From: Thermodesulfovibrionales bacterium
GTDB lineage: Bacteria; Nitrospirota; Thermodesulfovibrionia; Thermodesulfovibrionales; UBA6898
Assembly (NCBI GenBank): GCA_044450345.1
Contig: JBIOIY010000050.1
Coordinates: 1-22,359, forward strand
Reading direction: 5' to 3'
DNA length: 22,359 bases
The notes under the pieces: generated by a model
What the model was told of the DNA's origin: nothing
The model's input: only the letters and a program-made list of their open reading frames with translations
The model's database searches: none
In this document: piece after piece, positions 1 to 9,158 of the stretch
Layout of the letters: each line of letters starts with the position of its first letter
Position numbering within the stretch: the stretch's first letter is position 1
Made by a program: the position numbers and the translations under genes

Positions 1-220
1 CCCAAGCGGTGACCCAAATAAGGGACACATTGTTAGGCACCGTCCATGTGCCGGAAGCAGTAAAGTATTTCGATCGGGAGGTGCCGCCTCCTACAGGATT
101 GACCCCGATAGCAGACCAATCCCAAGCCCTAAAGGAACTACCGGTAGAGTCCTCGGCAAACGTCGAAATACCCGTGCTTACCAAGAACATCAGAACCAGT
201 ATTGCTGTGACTTTTTTCAT
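1..220 (-). CDS. Secreted protein, N-terminal part only (runs off window); start of a glycine-rich fibre/adhesin-type domain
   Basis: Not in the ORF track. Manual translation from ATG at 220: MKKVTAILVLMFLVSTGISTFA-EDSTGSSFRAWDWSAIGVNPVGGGTSRSKYFTASGTWTVPNNVSLIWVTAW(G). Sec-type signal peptide; RBS GAAAGGGG upstream. 'FTASGTWTVP..V..IWVTAWG' is the motif that opens glycine-rich domains of tail-fibre and PilV-like adhesin proteins. Confidence 0.8.
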   Translation of the reverse strand, partial: MKKVTAILVLMFLVSTGISTFAEDSTGSSFRAWDWSAIGVNPVGGGTSRSKYFTASGTWTVPNNVSLIWVTAW

Positions 221-246
221 AAAAATAACCCCTTTCGTAAAAGTAT

Positions 247-642
247 TCATTGACAGCTACCCCCCGAAGGACAGCACATCGCTTCAACCAATAACCGTTG
301 AGTCCCGCCGCCCGAGTTTATTACATTGCCGGCGTTATCCTTCAACTGCATGTTAACTGTCCACGTCCCGTCCCCATTGTCCGTAGCGGAGGTTTTGAAT
401 ACGCCAATAACATTCAACTGCCAACCGGTCGCAGCACTATACGCGGCGACGACTGCAGGAGTTACAAAAATTGACGGTACCCACCCTGTTGGGCAAGTGG
501 GCTTCGTAACAATCGTGCCTATGTCCACGATGGCTTTATACTTAACCTCCTTTACATTTGGCTGGAGTATAAAGACAGACTCCGCGCTGACAATGCCGGC
601 AAGCAACAAAATAATGATTGAGGCTATAGCGAAGTAGCGCAT
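247..642 (-). CDS. Secreted 131-aa protein resembling the C-terminal module of PilV-type pilus tip adhesins
   Basis: Signal peptide MRYFAIASIIILLLAGIVSA|ES; RBS AAGGAG. Motif series VTKPTCPTGWVPSIFVTP...ATDNGDGTWTVNMQL...RLLVEAMC matches, from recall, the KPxCPxGxxPxIFVxP...ATD...WxVxM...LVxxxC pattern of PilV C-termini. Confidence 0.65.
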   Translation of the reverse strand: MRYFAIASIIILLLAGIVSAESVFILQPNVKEVKYKAIVDIGTIVTKPTCPTGWVPSIFVTPAVVAAYSAATGWQLNVIGVFKTSATDNGDGTWTVNMQLKDNAGNVINSGGGTQRLLVEAMCCPSGGSCQ

Positions 643-665
643 AAAGATCTCCTTATCAGATATTA

Positions 666-1736
666 TTATTGGGCATAAACGAGGGGCTGAGAATAGAGCC
701 AGGCCCCGGCACTATAGACCCCCACGACTCCGTGATAAGGCGGACTAACCGCCCATGTTCCAGAATACGATGGGGCGGGTCTAGGTGGTTCCCCTTGAAG
801 GGTGCCCGCTGAGTTGACAGTCATCCATATCTGGATAGGGTTCCCAAAGCCGTCCACCCGGTAGAGGGAACTTAATCCTATGTTGGTAAGTACCGTAGAG
901 AATTTCGCTGAGGAATTTATCCGATTCCAGCCGGACCCGGATGCCGGCCAAATTGCTGCAACAAACCCACTACAGCCGCAATTGCCAGATTCCACACCCG
1001 AACAAGCCAGTGAAGGCGAATTTCCAGTGGATTGAAAATACCACGGGACTATCACATCGTCATAACTCTCAAGACCTCCGGCCCCGGCCTTACAGGTGTT
1101 AACAACAACCTCGTTCGTCAGTCTGCTCATATGATAGGATTTGAGCGATCCTGCGACGGTGAGAAGTTTTTTTTGGGAATAAGATTGATATTCGCCGTCG
1201 AGATAGCCGCTACTCCAAGTATCGGTGACATTAGCGCTTCCGCCGGACGTTATGATTATCGAATAAGGGGTTCTGTTATAACCATTTACATAAAAGGTGT
1301 TTGCTGAGTGCGGGTTGGTCACGGCAAAGGTATAGTAAGAGCCGAATCCATCGGCACAACGGACAGTATAGGACGGGGCCGTGCCTGTAAGGGCGCAGCC
1401 GGCATTTTGCCACGCCCCGGTCACGTTCGCCGAACTTGTGTTGAGAAAAAGTTGGGTACTATCGGCTCCATTTACCGTCGGCACAAGAGTAAGGGTATTG
1501 CATGACGCGTCGGTCCACCCGTAGCAGTTCTGTTCCACATATGCAATGTTTTCCCTATAAGTAGTGTCGAGCGCCGTCTCTATCTTTTTAGTCTGTGCCA
1601 TCGCATTTGCCGTACCTCTGAAATGAAGTGTTTGTTTTAATAACATCACCAGCCCGCTCAGGAGCACGCCGGTGATCGTCAAGGAGATAAGCACCTCTAC
1701 CAAAGTTAAGCCCTTACTATCGAAATATCTTTTCAT
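666..1736 (-). CDS. Large minor pilin / putative pilus tip subunit with class III signal peptide
   Basis: MKRYFDSKG|LTLVEVLISLTITGVLL: G-1, E+5 and hydrophobic helix. Multiple Cys (CYGWTDASC, NCGC). ATGA overlap with the upstream gene. Confidence 0.85.
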   Translation of the reverse strand: MKRYFDSKGLTLVEVLISLTITGVLLSGLVMLLKQTLHFRGTANAMAQTKKIETALDTTYRENIAYVEQNCYGWTDASCNTLTLVPTVNGADSTQLFLNTSSANVTGAWQNAGCALTGTAPSYTVRCADGFGSYYTFAVTNPHSANTFYVNGYNRTPYSIIITSGGSANVTDTWSSGYLDGEYQSYSQKKLLTVAGSLKSYHMSRLTNEVVVNTCKAGAGGLESYDDVIVPWYFQSTGNSPSLACSGVESGNCGCSGFVAAIWPASGSGWNRINSSAKFSTVLTNIGLSSLYRVDGFGNPIQIWMTVNSAGTLQGEPPRPAPSYSGTWAVSPPYHGVVGVYSAGAWLYSQPLVYAQ

Positions 1737-2812
1737 CTTAATTCCGCCGTGTCGGTAAAACCACAGCCCTCCCCTCCAGTTGGCTTGGAATAATAGAAAG
1801 TCCGTGACACTCCGTCTAGCGTCACGGTAGGCAAAGCGGACGTTCCGAGGGCGTTTCTAAGAAGGTATTTGCCATACTGGTTGAACTCGGTTTCAGTGGC
1901 TGTTGAGCAGTTTATGGTTGTCTGCGTGGTGCCTGTTGTCAGCAATGTGCTCACTTGTCCATCCTTCATATCCATAAAGCCCCAGAGGAAGCTGGAGTCC
2001 CATATTCTCAGTTTCACGGTATTACCATTGATTATCTGGATAGTCTTATAAAGAACTCCGTTATATGCGCCCGCATTATTCGATTCGTTGACGAGGTCAA
2101 CATATTGGATTGTCTTTCCGGCAACTGGGGCAAGATTAATCTGTCTGTAATACCACTTACCAGCGTAAGAGGCAAGATTTCCCTGCGCGGCAGAGATGCT
2201 GTTTTGGTCGGTGAGGCCATAAGACCGCCCGTATGTGGCATCCGAAAAGTCCATCTCTAAATTACCGACAAGATATTGAGGTAATACCGACGGAATAAAA
2301 GTACTGAATACGAGTGTGTCACCTGCCTGAATAGTATATGCTCCGTTCCATATCCCGTAGTACACATAGGGATTGACGCCGCCCGTAATAGTTGAGTTAA
2401 GCTGGAGGTACCCATTGCGGTCGGGCGAAACTGTGACTGAATAGCTGCTGGCGAGATTGGAGTATCTGATCGCGTTATAAACAGGCGCCAGCCTGCTGTG
2501 CAGCCCGCAGGAAACATATAGGGTTACACAAACGTTTGCCATTGCTTGCTCAATCGAGGCTTTCCTGTTGCGAATGTCGGCGTAAGATGCGCTTTGAATG
2601 GAGGAGAGATCTACCTTTGTTGGGTCAACTGTGAGCTGTTGCCCGAGAAAAGTAACGGTGGCTGGCAGGGCCTGAGTCTGCTGATAGGCAGACTGGGCCC
2701 TCTCAACCATTTTGGCCTGGTAGTCCTTACTTGGCAGACCAGTAATACCCGCCATGACCGTTAGGAGCAAGGCGGGTATTACTGAAACGATTATGAGCAT
2801 TATAAAAGGCAC
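1733..2812 (-). CDS. Pilus-associated membrane-anchored protein with an internal beta-rich domain
   Basis: GTG start with GGGAG RBS; N-terminal hydrophobic helix without the G|F-x3-E motif; lies between the major and minor pilin genes; internal aromatic-rich domain (DQNSISA...GKWYYRQINLAPVAGKTIQYVDLVNE). Confidence 0.7.
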   Translation of the reverse strand: MPFIMLIIVSVIPALLLTVMAGITGLPSKDYQAKMVERAQSAYQQTQALPATVTFLGQQLTVDPTKVDLSSIQSASYADIRNRKASIEQAMANVCVTLYVSCGLHSRLAPVYNAIRYSNLASSYSVTVSPDRNGYLQLNSTITGGVNPYVYYGIWNGAYTIQAGDTLVFSTFIPSVLPQYLVGNLEMDFSDATYGRSYGLTDQNSISAAQGNLASYAGKWYYRQINLAPVAGKTIQYVDLVNESNNAGAYNGVLYKTIQIINGNTVKLRIWDSSFLWGFMDMKDGQVSTLLTTGTTQTTINCSTATETEFNQYGKYLLRNALGTSALPTVTLDGVSRTFYYSKPTGGEGCGFTDTAELR

Positions 2813-2824
2813 AATAACGCTCCC

Positions 2825-3328
2825 TTAGCAACCTGAGTTTCCTACAAAAGGCAATATTACGCAGTCGATCGCGTTTCCGTTTAAAGCCGAGGTCGTATCG
2901 CACAGGTTGAGGTCCTTCAGTTTCTGCATGATATTGGCAGCCCTGGTTGCCGACTCCTGAAGCGGTGTTTCAACGGTAACGCTACCGGCAGCAGCGCACT
3001 TATAGCCGTAGGGAGCTGTGCCGCCTACCTGATAGTTGCTATCGACATAAGTCTGCAAAGCTGCCGGCCACGTAGTAGATACCGCTGCCAGCGTCGGGAA
3101 GGCGCCTTTGACCATCTTATACTCATTGAGGTTTGTCTGTATCGCCGTAAGCTGAGATTGTACGGTCGACGTCGCCGAATTTTCCCTCGACTTTGCGATG
3201 GCCTGCGAAGAGACGTAAAGGACAATGGCGCCGATAAGTACAGCTACGATTACCTCGATCAGCGTAAAGCCCTTTTGGTTGCGCGTCCTCAGTTTGTGAA
3301 ACCTTAGTTTCCTAAATAGCTTTTTCAT
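2825..3328 (-). CDS. Type IV major prepilin
   Basis: Basic 20-aa leader ending NQKG|FTLIEVIVAVLIGAIVL; 147-aa mature chain; four Cys in the C-terminal half; strong RBS (GGAGGTG); ATGA overlap with the upstream gene. Confidence 0.9.
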   Translation of the reverse strand: MKKLFRKLRFHKLRTRNQKGFTLIEVIVAVLIGAIVLYVSSQAIAKSRENSATSTVQSQLTAIQTNLNEYKMVKGAFPTLAAVSTTWPAALQTYVDSNYQVGGTAPYGYKCAAAGSVTVETPLQESATRAANIMQKLKDLNLCDTTSALNGNAIDCVILPFVGNSGC

Positions 3329-3627
3329 GTTCTCACCTCCTTTCCAGTAACATTAGTAGGAGCATCCGAAGAACCCGAATTTGCATACAGCAACTCGAGA
3401 TCAACAGGCGGCTCTATCTCTCCGTCCATCCATGCCCTCCAAACCGTTATCAGTAACGACACACAGTCCTTCTCCGCAAAAGTCAGCTCCCCTATTTGTA
3501 TCAACTCTATCGCATCCTTAAAAGAAGAAACATTCGTATGCCTCCTCAAAAACCACAGGTAATTCATGATGCGTTCCAGGGGTATGCTGATTTGTAGATA
3601 GCGTAGGGAGACCTGGTCATCACTCAT
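3325..3627 (-). CDS. Hypothetical 100-aa soluble protein within the pilus operon
   Basis: Start re-assigned to ATG 3627 (MSDDQVSL..., RBS GAAAGGA). Overlaps the PilT stop and the pilin start, consistent with translational coupling. Confidence 0.7.
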   Translation of the reverse strand: MSDDQVSLRYLQISIPLERIMNYLWFLRRHTNVSSFKDAIELIQIGELTFAEKDCVSLLITVWRAWMDGEIEPPVDLELLYANSGSSDAPTNVTGKEVRT

Positions 3628-4777
3628 TGAGAAATTCCTTTCTTTCCCTTTCTGCGAAAACATTTTTTTCGACAAGTTTATCCAAGGCAGTTTTGAAAGT
3701 TATAGTGCCGTTATCCTTAAGTTGGTTGCCCGTAATCATGTTTTCCAGTTCAGTGTATTTTCCCTCCGCGACCAACGAACGAGCCGAGGTATTGGGGATA
3801 AAAACCTCGGCTATAAGAGTGTATTCGCCATTACGGTAAACGAGTTTCTGTGAGACAATGGCCCTGAGGGACGATGCTACGAGCTGTCTCCATGACCCCT
3901 TGTTGTCACCCACTTCATCCAGAAAGCGCATCGTATTCATAACATTGCTGGTGTGCAGAGTGGAAAAAACAAGATGCCCTTTGCTGGCCACCTCAAAGAG
4001 GGCTTGTATCTCATCCCGGGTACGTACTTCGCCGATCATGATCACAGAGGGGTCGTTCCTGAGCGCCAGTTTCATGCCTTCGACAAACGAACTGATATGG
4101 CGGTTGACCTCATAGTGCCTTACGTTGGCAGGCCTCATAGTTATCTGGTACTCGATTGGGTTTTCGAATATAAGGATATTGCCGCTTATCTTTGAGGCTA
4201 TATGGTCTAATTCCGATGCGATTGTCGTTGATTTACCGGACCCCGTGATACCCGTATGCAAAATAAGGCCATTGGGGGGGGCAATCTTGAAATTCAACAT
4301 ATCCTTGACCCCCTTCAGAAACTCATATCTGTCGAGCTCATCCAAAGAGGGAATCGTATAAGGAAGCTTTCTCAGGGACAGTCCCATGCCTTCTTCGGAG
4401 GTAGTACAACTGACCCTGTATCTCCCGTAATTCTTTACACTGAAACCGTACTCGTGGTAATTGTGTGAAGAGCCGTTGCCTGAAGGCGACTCGCTCAAAA
4501 GAAACGACATATCGATCATGTCGGCAGACATCGTCTTTTCCATGAGAGCTTCTATATGAGAACGTGACGGCTTAAACAGCGTCGCTTCTCCGTCTTCCTT
4601 CACGATGGTATAATTCTTGAGAATACCGATCCTTGACGCCTTGCCCTCGACCGCATATATGTCAGTCGCCTTCATTTCCTTTGCAAGTTTGATTACGGGC
4701 GTAAACCAACCGAGGTCATCCACCTCCACTTCCATCTGCCTTGAGACCTTTAAACTCTGTGTGGCCAATGCGCTCAT
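3620..4777 (-). CDS. pilT: PilT/PilU-family retraction ATPase
   Basis: Walker A GITGSGKST, Asp box FENPIEY, ALRNDP, Walker B VIMIGEVR, His box GHLVFSTLHT, RYRVS and LRKLP N-domain motifs, AIRNLIRE-like SARSLVAE; no Zn tetracysteine. Start re-assigned to ATG 4777 (ATGA overlap, GGAGG RBS). Confidence 0.85.
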   Translation of the reverse strand: MSALATQSLKVSRQMEVEVDDLGWFTPVIKLAKEMKATDIYAVEGKASRIGILKNYTIVKEDGEATLFKPSRSHIEALMEKTMSADMIDMSFLLSESPSGNGSSHNYHEYGFSVKNYGRYRVSCTTSEEGMGLSLRKLPYTIPSLDELDRYEFLKGVKDMLNFKIAPPNGLILHTGITGSGKSTTIASELDHIASKISGNILIFENPIEYQITMRPANVRHYEVNRHISSFVEGMKLALRNDPSVIMIGEVRTRDEIQALFEVASKGHLVFSTLHTSNVMNTMRFLDEVGDNKGSWRQLVASSLRAIVSQKLVYRNGEYTLIAEVFIPNTSARSLVAEGKYTELENMITGNQLKDNGTITFKTALDKLVEKNVFAERERKEFLNE

Positions 4778-5781
4778 ATACCTCCTCCCTTCACTGAACC
4801 TACCTGCCCCATAAAAGATATTAAAAGTGACCATAAAGGTCCCATTACGAGAACGATCTGTACAGCGACGAACATAAAAGCGATAGCGGACACAAAAGGC
4901 GAGAGGCCGTCGAGTTTCCCGGTTGCCGTCTTAATGTAATCCTTGCCCACGTCGCCGAACCCCTCGCTCATAGCACCCGACCTTATCTTCGCCTTGAGGA
5001 TGATGTAAGTCTCAGCAGAGAGGTGTTGCTCTATTTCATCCAACACATCAAGCATGCTCCGCTCCGCGACCTCTGATGCCACGGTTTCAAAAATGCTACG
5101 CCATACTCCGCTCACTACCTGTGCAGCGTGGGAAAAGGATAACGACGGGGATAATCCGCTATTAAGACCAACAGAGACGACCTTGAATGCCTGCCCAATT
5201 GAAAGTTGATTGTACAAATCTTTTATTACCGGGATCCTGTGGAGATTCTTTAGAAGGACAAAGCCGAGGACGGTAAGAAAAGCGGTATAACCGAGATATA
5301 AGGAAACCTTGTACTTCACAATGAACCAGCCCATTTTATAAGCAAAAAGCTGCTCCGTTCCGGGGAACGAAAGCCCTAGCAATATTTTTTTGAGGATATC
5401 AACAAAAAAGAATCCCAGAACGATTGAAAGAATGATGACACCTAAAGGATAATAAAGAGAGAACTTGATCTTGTTTCTTATCCCGTTGATGCTCTCCATT
5501 GACGAGATAACGTCCCTCATGGTATCTAATAAATTTCCGGTCCGCTCTCCGATCTGAAGGAGAAACAGGTAATCTTTGCAGATGTCTACCTGCTCAAGTG
5601 CCTGGGTAAATGTGTATGCTTCTTTCGACATCAGATCCGAGAGGATCCTAAGCCTTTCCGCCATTTTAGCGTCTCTTATCTTAAGGGCTAGTTCTGATGC
5701 GCCCTCATGGGCGGAAATCCCGGACTGCATCATATAGTAGAGACTCTTCAAAACGGTAAGATCATTTACTTTTTTAGCCAT
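4774..5781 (-). CDS. pilC: Inner-membrane platform protein (PilC/GspF/PilR family)
   Basis: LYYMMQSGIS, IGERTGNL, SLYYP motifs; second repeat GLNSGLS; three TM segments; follows the extension ATPase. Confidence 0.88.
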   Translation of the reverse strand: MAKKVNDLTVLKSLYYMMQSGISAHEGASELALKIRDAKMAERLRILSDLMSKEAYTFTQALEQVDICKDYLFLLQIGERTGNLLDTMRDVISSMESINGIRNKIKFSLYYPLGVIILSIVLGFFFVDILKKILLGLSFPGTEQLFAYKMGWFIVKYKVSLYLGYTAFLTVLGFVLLKNLHRIPVIKDLYNQLSIGQAFKVVSVGLNSGLSPSLSFSHAAQVVSGVWRSIFETVASEVAERSMLDVLDEIEQHLSAETYIILKAKIRSGAMSEGFGDVGKDYIKTATGKLDGLSPFVSAIAFMFVAVQIVLVMGPLWSLLISFMGQVGSVKGGGI

Positions 5782-7466
5782 TAGAGTAGACCTCTCAACG
5801 CCCCTATCTCGATGACGCCGGCAAGCACTTTTTCTATGGCATCATCGAGGATATTGCCAAATTTAGGCAATTTGTCCTCCATCTCGTCGGAGGAAAGGCC
5901 GCCCTTAAAGCACTGCGGCGAAAATTCATATATCTCGGAAATCAACGTCCGCCCGCTGTACCCAACCGAAACAAGCCTGCCGCGTGACGTCATACGACAA
6001 GTGGGGCACTTATTTTCCGGAGACAGGTGTGCGACATAGACTTTCTTGCCCTCAAATTCCTTTACGGTAGCTACATTGGTGAACCTGAGGGCATTAAGCC
6101 ATTCAGGGGGCGCCTCTATTTCTACTTCCTTCTTGCATTTATCACAAAGCCTCTTGACCAGAACTTGGTTTGCGGCCAAAAGAAGGTTGTCCGCGACCAC
6201 ATCAGACGCAATCTGATAGTCCTCAATCAGGATCTCGGGGACCATTGTGGCCCTGGAGGCATGGAGGGTGGTAAAAACAAGGTGGCCGGTCTTGGCTAAA
6301 TGGAATGCTGTATCGACTGTTTCCTTGTCTCTGAGTTCGCCGATAAAAATGACATCGGGGTCTTGGCGTTTAAAAGCTCTAGCAAATTCTGAAAAACTCG
6401 TAGCGCATATGCCTTCCTTACCCTCCCACTCAAGGGTCTGGAACTGTCGACCGTGCTGCAGATGGTACTCAATGGGGTCTTCAACGGTAAGTATGTTTTT
6501 CGACCTGGAAACCATAGACAAAAGAGTATTGACGGTCTTCGACTTGCCTGTGCCCGTTGCGCCGGTGACAATAACGATTCCTCTGTTTCTCACTATTACA
6601 GTCTTCAGCATCCTTGAGTGCCTTTCGGAGAAACCGAGGGACTCCAGTGACACATCGGTGAGATCACCTTTATAAAGCAGCCTCATAACTATATCGGCGT
6701 CTTTCATGTTTTGCTTGTAGATAATCGACACGCGCACATCGAGATCTTTCCCCGCTTGCTCACTTGTAATCTCAATTCTTCCATCCTGCGGCTTACGTAC
6801 ATCATCCACTCTCAAGGAGGGAGTAAATTCCTTTGCCCAGTTGAGTATCATCGAGACAAGGCCTTTGCCATCGTCATACTCAAGCGTGTCCATATCGTGG
6901 AGTTCCCCAAGGATGCGGAAGGAAAGTTTATAAACGCCCCGGCCAACCATAGGAAAAAGATGGATATCCGTGGCGTGCTGCTTTACCGCATCCCTAAATA
7001 TTTCGATCACCCTGTCTTTTGCGTTGAGACTCACCGTTTGCTGACAACTGCAGGTGAGCCTAGTAAACACATCTCTGCTTAAGAAAGCGATTCTGCCGGC
7101 GGGGGGGATTCCCTTAACAGCCAGGGGATGCCAGATATAATAGGTCGTTAACCCATTGTGAATCGCCTCGATATGTCTGCCTTTGTTTATGTCAATGATG
7201 TCTCCAACGACGGCGTCGCAATAAGGGAGATCCGTCAGGTCGGCGAACACCTGCGCTATCTCTGCGTATGTAGCAATGCCTTCGATCTCACAAATCATTT
7301 CGTAAATGGTAGTCTTATTTATGGTCCTCGTTTGGTCAAAAAACTGGCTTATCTGTGGATTATCCCATTTGGTTTTTTTCTTAATAAGCTCCTTGACAGC
7401 CTCATTAATAGTTTCCCTTGAAACGTCTTTTTTTACCGCTGTGGTCGTGAGCTCACTTGTTTTCAT
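5781..7466 (-). CDS. pilB: Pilus extension ATPase (PilB/GspE/PilQ family)
   Basis: ATDIH, PQDGRI, DVRVS, Walker A GATGTGKS, VEDPIEY, RQDPDVIFIGELRD, TGHLVFTTLHA, Zn motif LCDKC...CPTC, GYSGR. Likely start ATG 7466 (MKTSEL, RBS AAGGGG). Confidence 0.93.
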   Translation of the reverse strand: MKTSELTTTAVKKDVSRETINEAVKELIKKKTKWDNPQISQFFDQTRTINKTTIYEMICEIEGIATYAEIAQVFADLTDLPYCDAVVGDIIDINKGRHIEAIHNGLTTYYIWHPLAVKGIPPAGRIAFLSRDVFTRLTCSCQQTVSLNAKDRVIEIFRDAVKQHATDIHLFPMVGRGVYKLSFRILGELHDMDTLEYDDGKGLVSMILNWAKEFTPSLRVDDVRKPQDGRIEITSEQAGKDLDVRVSIIYKQNMKDADIVMRLLYKGDLTDVSLESLGFSERHSRMLKTVIVRNRGIVIVTGATGTGKSKTVNTLLSMVSRSKNILTVEDPIEYHLQHGRQFQTLEWEGKEGICATSFSEFARAFKRQDPDVIFIGELRDKETVDTAFHLAKTGHLVFTTLHASRATMVPEILIEDYQIASDVVADNLLLAANQVLVKRLCDKCKKEVEIEAPPEWLNALRFTNVATVKEFEGKKVYVAHLSPENKCPTCRMTSRGRLVSVGYSGRTLISEIYEFSPQCFKGGLSSDEMEDKLPKFGNILDDAIEKVLAGVIEIGALRGLL

Positions 7467-8082
7467 TTTTGCCCCTTGTGATGTAGTAACGAGTATCCAC
7501 TCCGTCAAGCGCAATGCTTTCGTTGTCCACCTCAGTTACCTTGTGCCCCTCGATATCCATTCCTGCCCGAATATCGCCTTTGTCGGTAAGTGCAACGGAC
7601 TTGCCGTGAATAACGTAAATCCCGTATATCTTGAATTGAGGTTTTTGCTTTTGCGAATTCTGGTCCTGTTTCACTAGCTCCATCTGAGGTGGAGTATCCA
7701 AGATTTTTTGCAGTGGGATCATTTCGGTCAGTTGAGGCCCCCCTTTACCCTTGGGCAGTGATGCCTTTTTAAACCTTTCCAAAAAGTCGGCTTTAAACGG
7801 GTCTTTCTCGACAAAGCTTTTGTCTGTCTGCTTAATCTCCGGTTTAGCGGTGGGATGGGGAGCGGCTGTCAATGGCTGGTTCGGTGGCACATTGAGCGGC
7901 AGGGGTGCCGGCTTCAAAGGAAGCGATGAAGACAAAGACGGGGGAGGGGACACCCTCCCTGTGTCCTTTTTGCTCCCCATCAGCAGGTAAGCCCCCGTCC
8001 CGCCAACCAACAACCCCAAAAGGGTAATAAGAGTAATCAAAAGTATATGGGATTTTTTTATACCCTTAAATCCAATTCGCAT
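7453..8082 (-). CDS. PilP/GspC-like bitopic alignment protein
   Basis: Single N-terminal TM, Pro-rich linker, KDPF motif, C-terminal beta domain (IYGIY...IRAGMDIEGHKVTEVD); located between the PilO-like gene and the ATPase. Confidence 0.65.
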   Translation of the reverse strand: MRIGFKGIKKSHILLITLITLLGLLVGGTGAYLLMGSKKDTGRVSPPPSLSSSLPLKPAPLPLNVPPNQPLTAAPHPTAKPEIKQTDKSFVEKDPFKADFLERFKKASLPKGKGGPQLTEMIPLQKILDTPPQMELVKQDQNSQKQKPQFKIYGIYVIHGKSVALTDKGDIRAGMDIEGHKVTEVDNESIALDGVDTRYYITRGKNENK

Positions 8083-9131
8083 ATAAAATCACCTTCATTG
8101 AGTTTTATGCTTTTTACCGCCACGGGGCAGGCGACAACACTGTTAACGGCTTTGATAAAATCGCGGTAGTCGGGTAAGACGAGTTTCATATGCCACACCT
8201 TGTCTTCTCGCTGAGTGACGTCCCATTTGTCTTTTAGCATGGTGCCGAGACAGGCGATGGAATCCTTAAAAAGCGCTCCTCCCCGCAGGTCCTTCTTGCC
8301 CTTTTCAATATTTATATTATTTTCCCAACTATAATGGTCGCCGTCTTTCATGGAGGTCGCAAAAGGGTAGAAAGACTTGTATCTCACATTTAGCTTCCCC
8401 GAGACTGAATTTGCAGTGTTGGTAATCGAGACCTGCACGGTGCTAAACACCTTGTCGTTGCCAAGATCTGCGACCAGCTTGTTGAAAGAGTCCACGAGTT
8501 CATAGAAGACGGTCGCTTGGAGGTCTCTGGTTTCGGCATCAGTCAGGGGAGGCGGCTGGGTGTCCTGTTGAGGAGGGCTCGCCGCAAGCTGGGGCTTCGG
8601 GGTGTCAGCGAAAAGGTAAAAATACGCGGCTGCACAGAGCAAAAGAGCACAGGCGCCAGCGGTTATTTGCATCGCCGGGGACATCCCTCCTACGACCTCT
8701 TTATATAGCTTGTCGAAATCAATTGTCGTGTCGGACGCCTGTGTATTACCGAAAACAGCGTCAAAGGTCTTATCCTCGATGGCAAGATAGTCATGGGGGG
8801 TTTCCTTCTGCAGACTCCATGTTGACTTGAGTCCGGGGGGAGACGCGACTATTTCAAATTCCACGACAAGATATTTGTCGTCACCGATGTTGTAGAATCC
8901 GGCTATCCTTTTTTTATCTTCCCTTACCATATAGAAAGCCATTACGTATTCAAAGGATAGTTTTGTCGCCGATATCCACAGGGCAGCGACTTTTTTCTTG
9001 TATCTTGTCGAAGGCTTAATTCTTTTAAACACAACGGGCGAGGAGAACAGCAAGGCCTTGGAGGGCTTGTCTTGAATATTCCCGCTCACTACATCAATGC
9101 AAGTCGCATCGTTGAAGCGTACTGTCAGCAA
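8058..9131 (-). CDS. PilO(R64)/BfpC/GspL-like alignment protein
   Basis: TTG start with GAGGAGG RBS; N-terminal domain, central TM (ITAGACALLLCAAAYFYLF), Pro-rich linker, C-terminal domain. Call rests on topology and gene position. Confidence 0.55.
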   Translation of the reverse strand: MLTVRFNDATCIDVVSGNIQDKPSKALLFSSPVVFKRIKPSTRYKKKVAALWISATKLSFEYVMAFYMVREDKKRIAGFYNIGDDKYLVVEFEIVASPPGLKSTWSLQKETPHDYLAIEDKTFDAVFGNTQASDTTIDFDKLYKEVVGGMSPAMQITAGACALLLCAAAYFYLFADTPKPQLAASPPQQDTQPPPLTDAETRDLQATVFYELVDSFNKLVADLGNDKVFSTVQVSITNTANSVSGKLNVRYKSFYPFATSMKDGDHYSWENNINIEKGKKDLRGGALFKDSIACLGTMLKDKWDVTQREDKVWHMKLVLPDYRDFIKAVNSVVACPVAVKSIKLNEGDFICELDLRV

Positions 9132-9158
9132 CTTTGAGATCCTCCTCGAATGAATATT

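Noticed and set aside
1..1800. Shufflon (invertible pilV segments); the 131-aa ORF ends in SCQ, like the sfx-encoded SCQSG
   Set aside because: No repeated sfx-like sites, no inverted partial ORFs and no recombinase in the window; each module has its own RBS and signal peptide.
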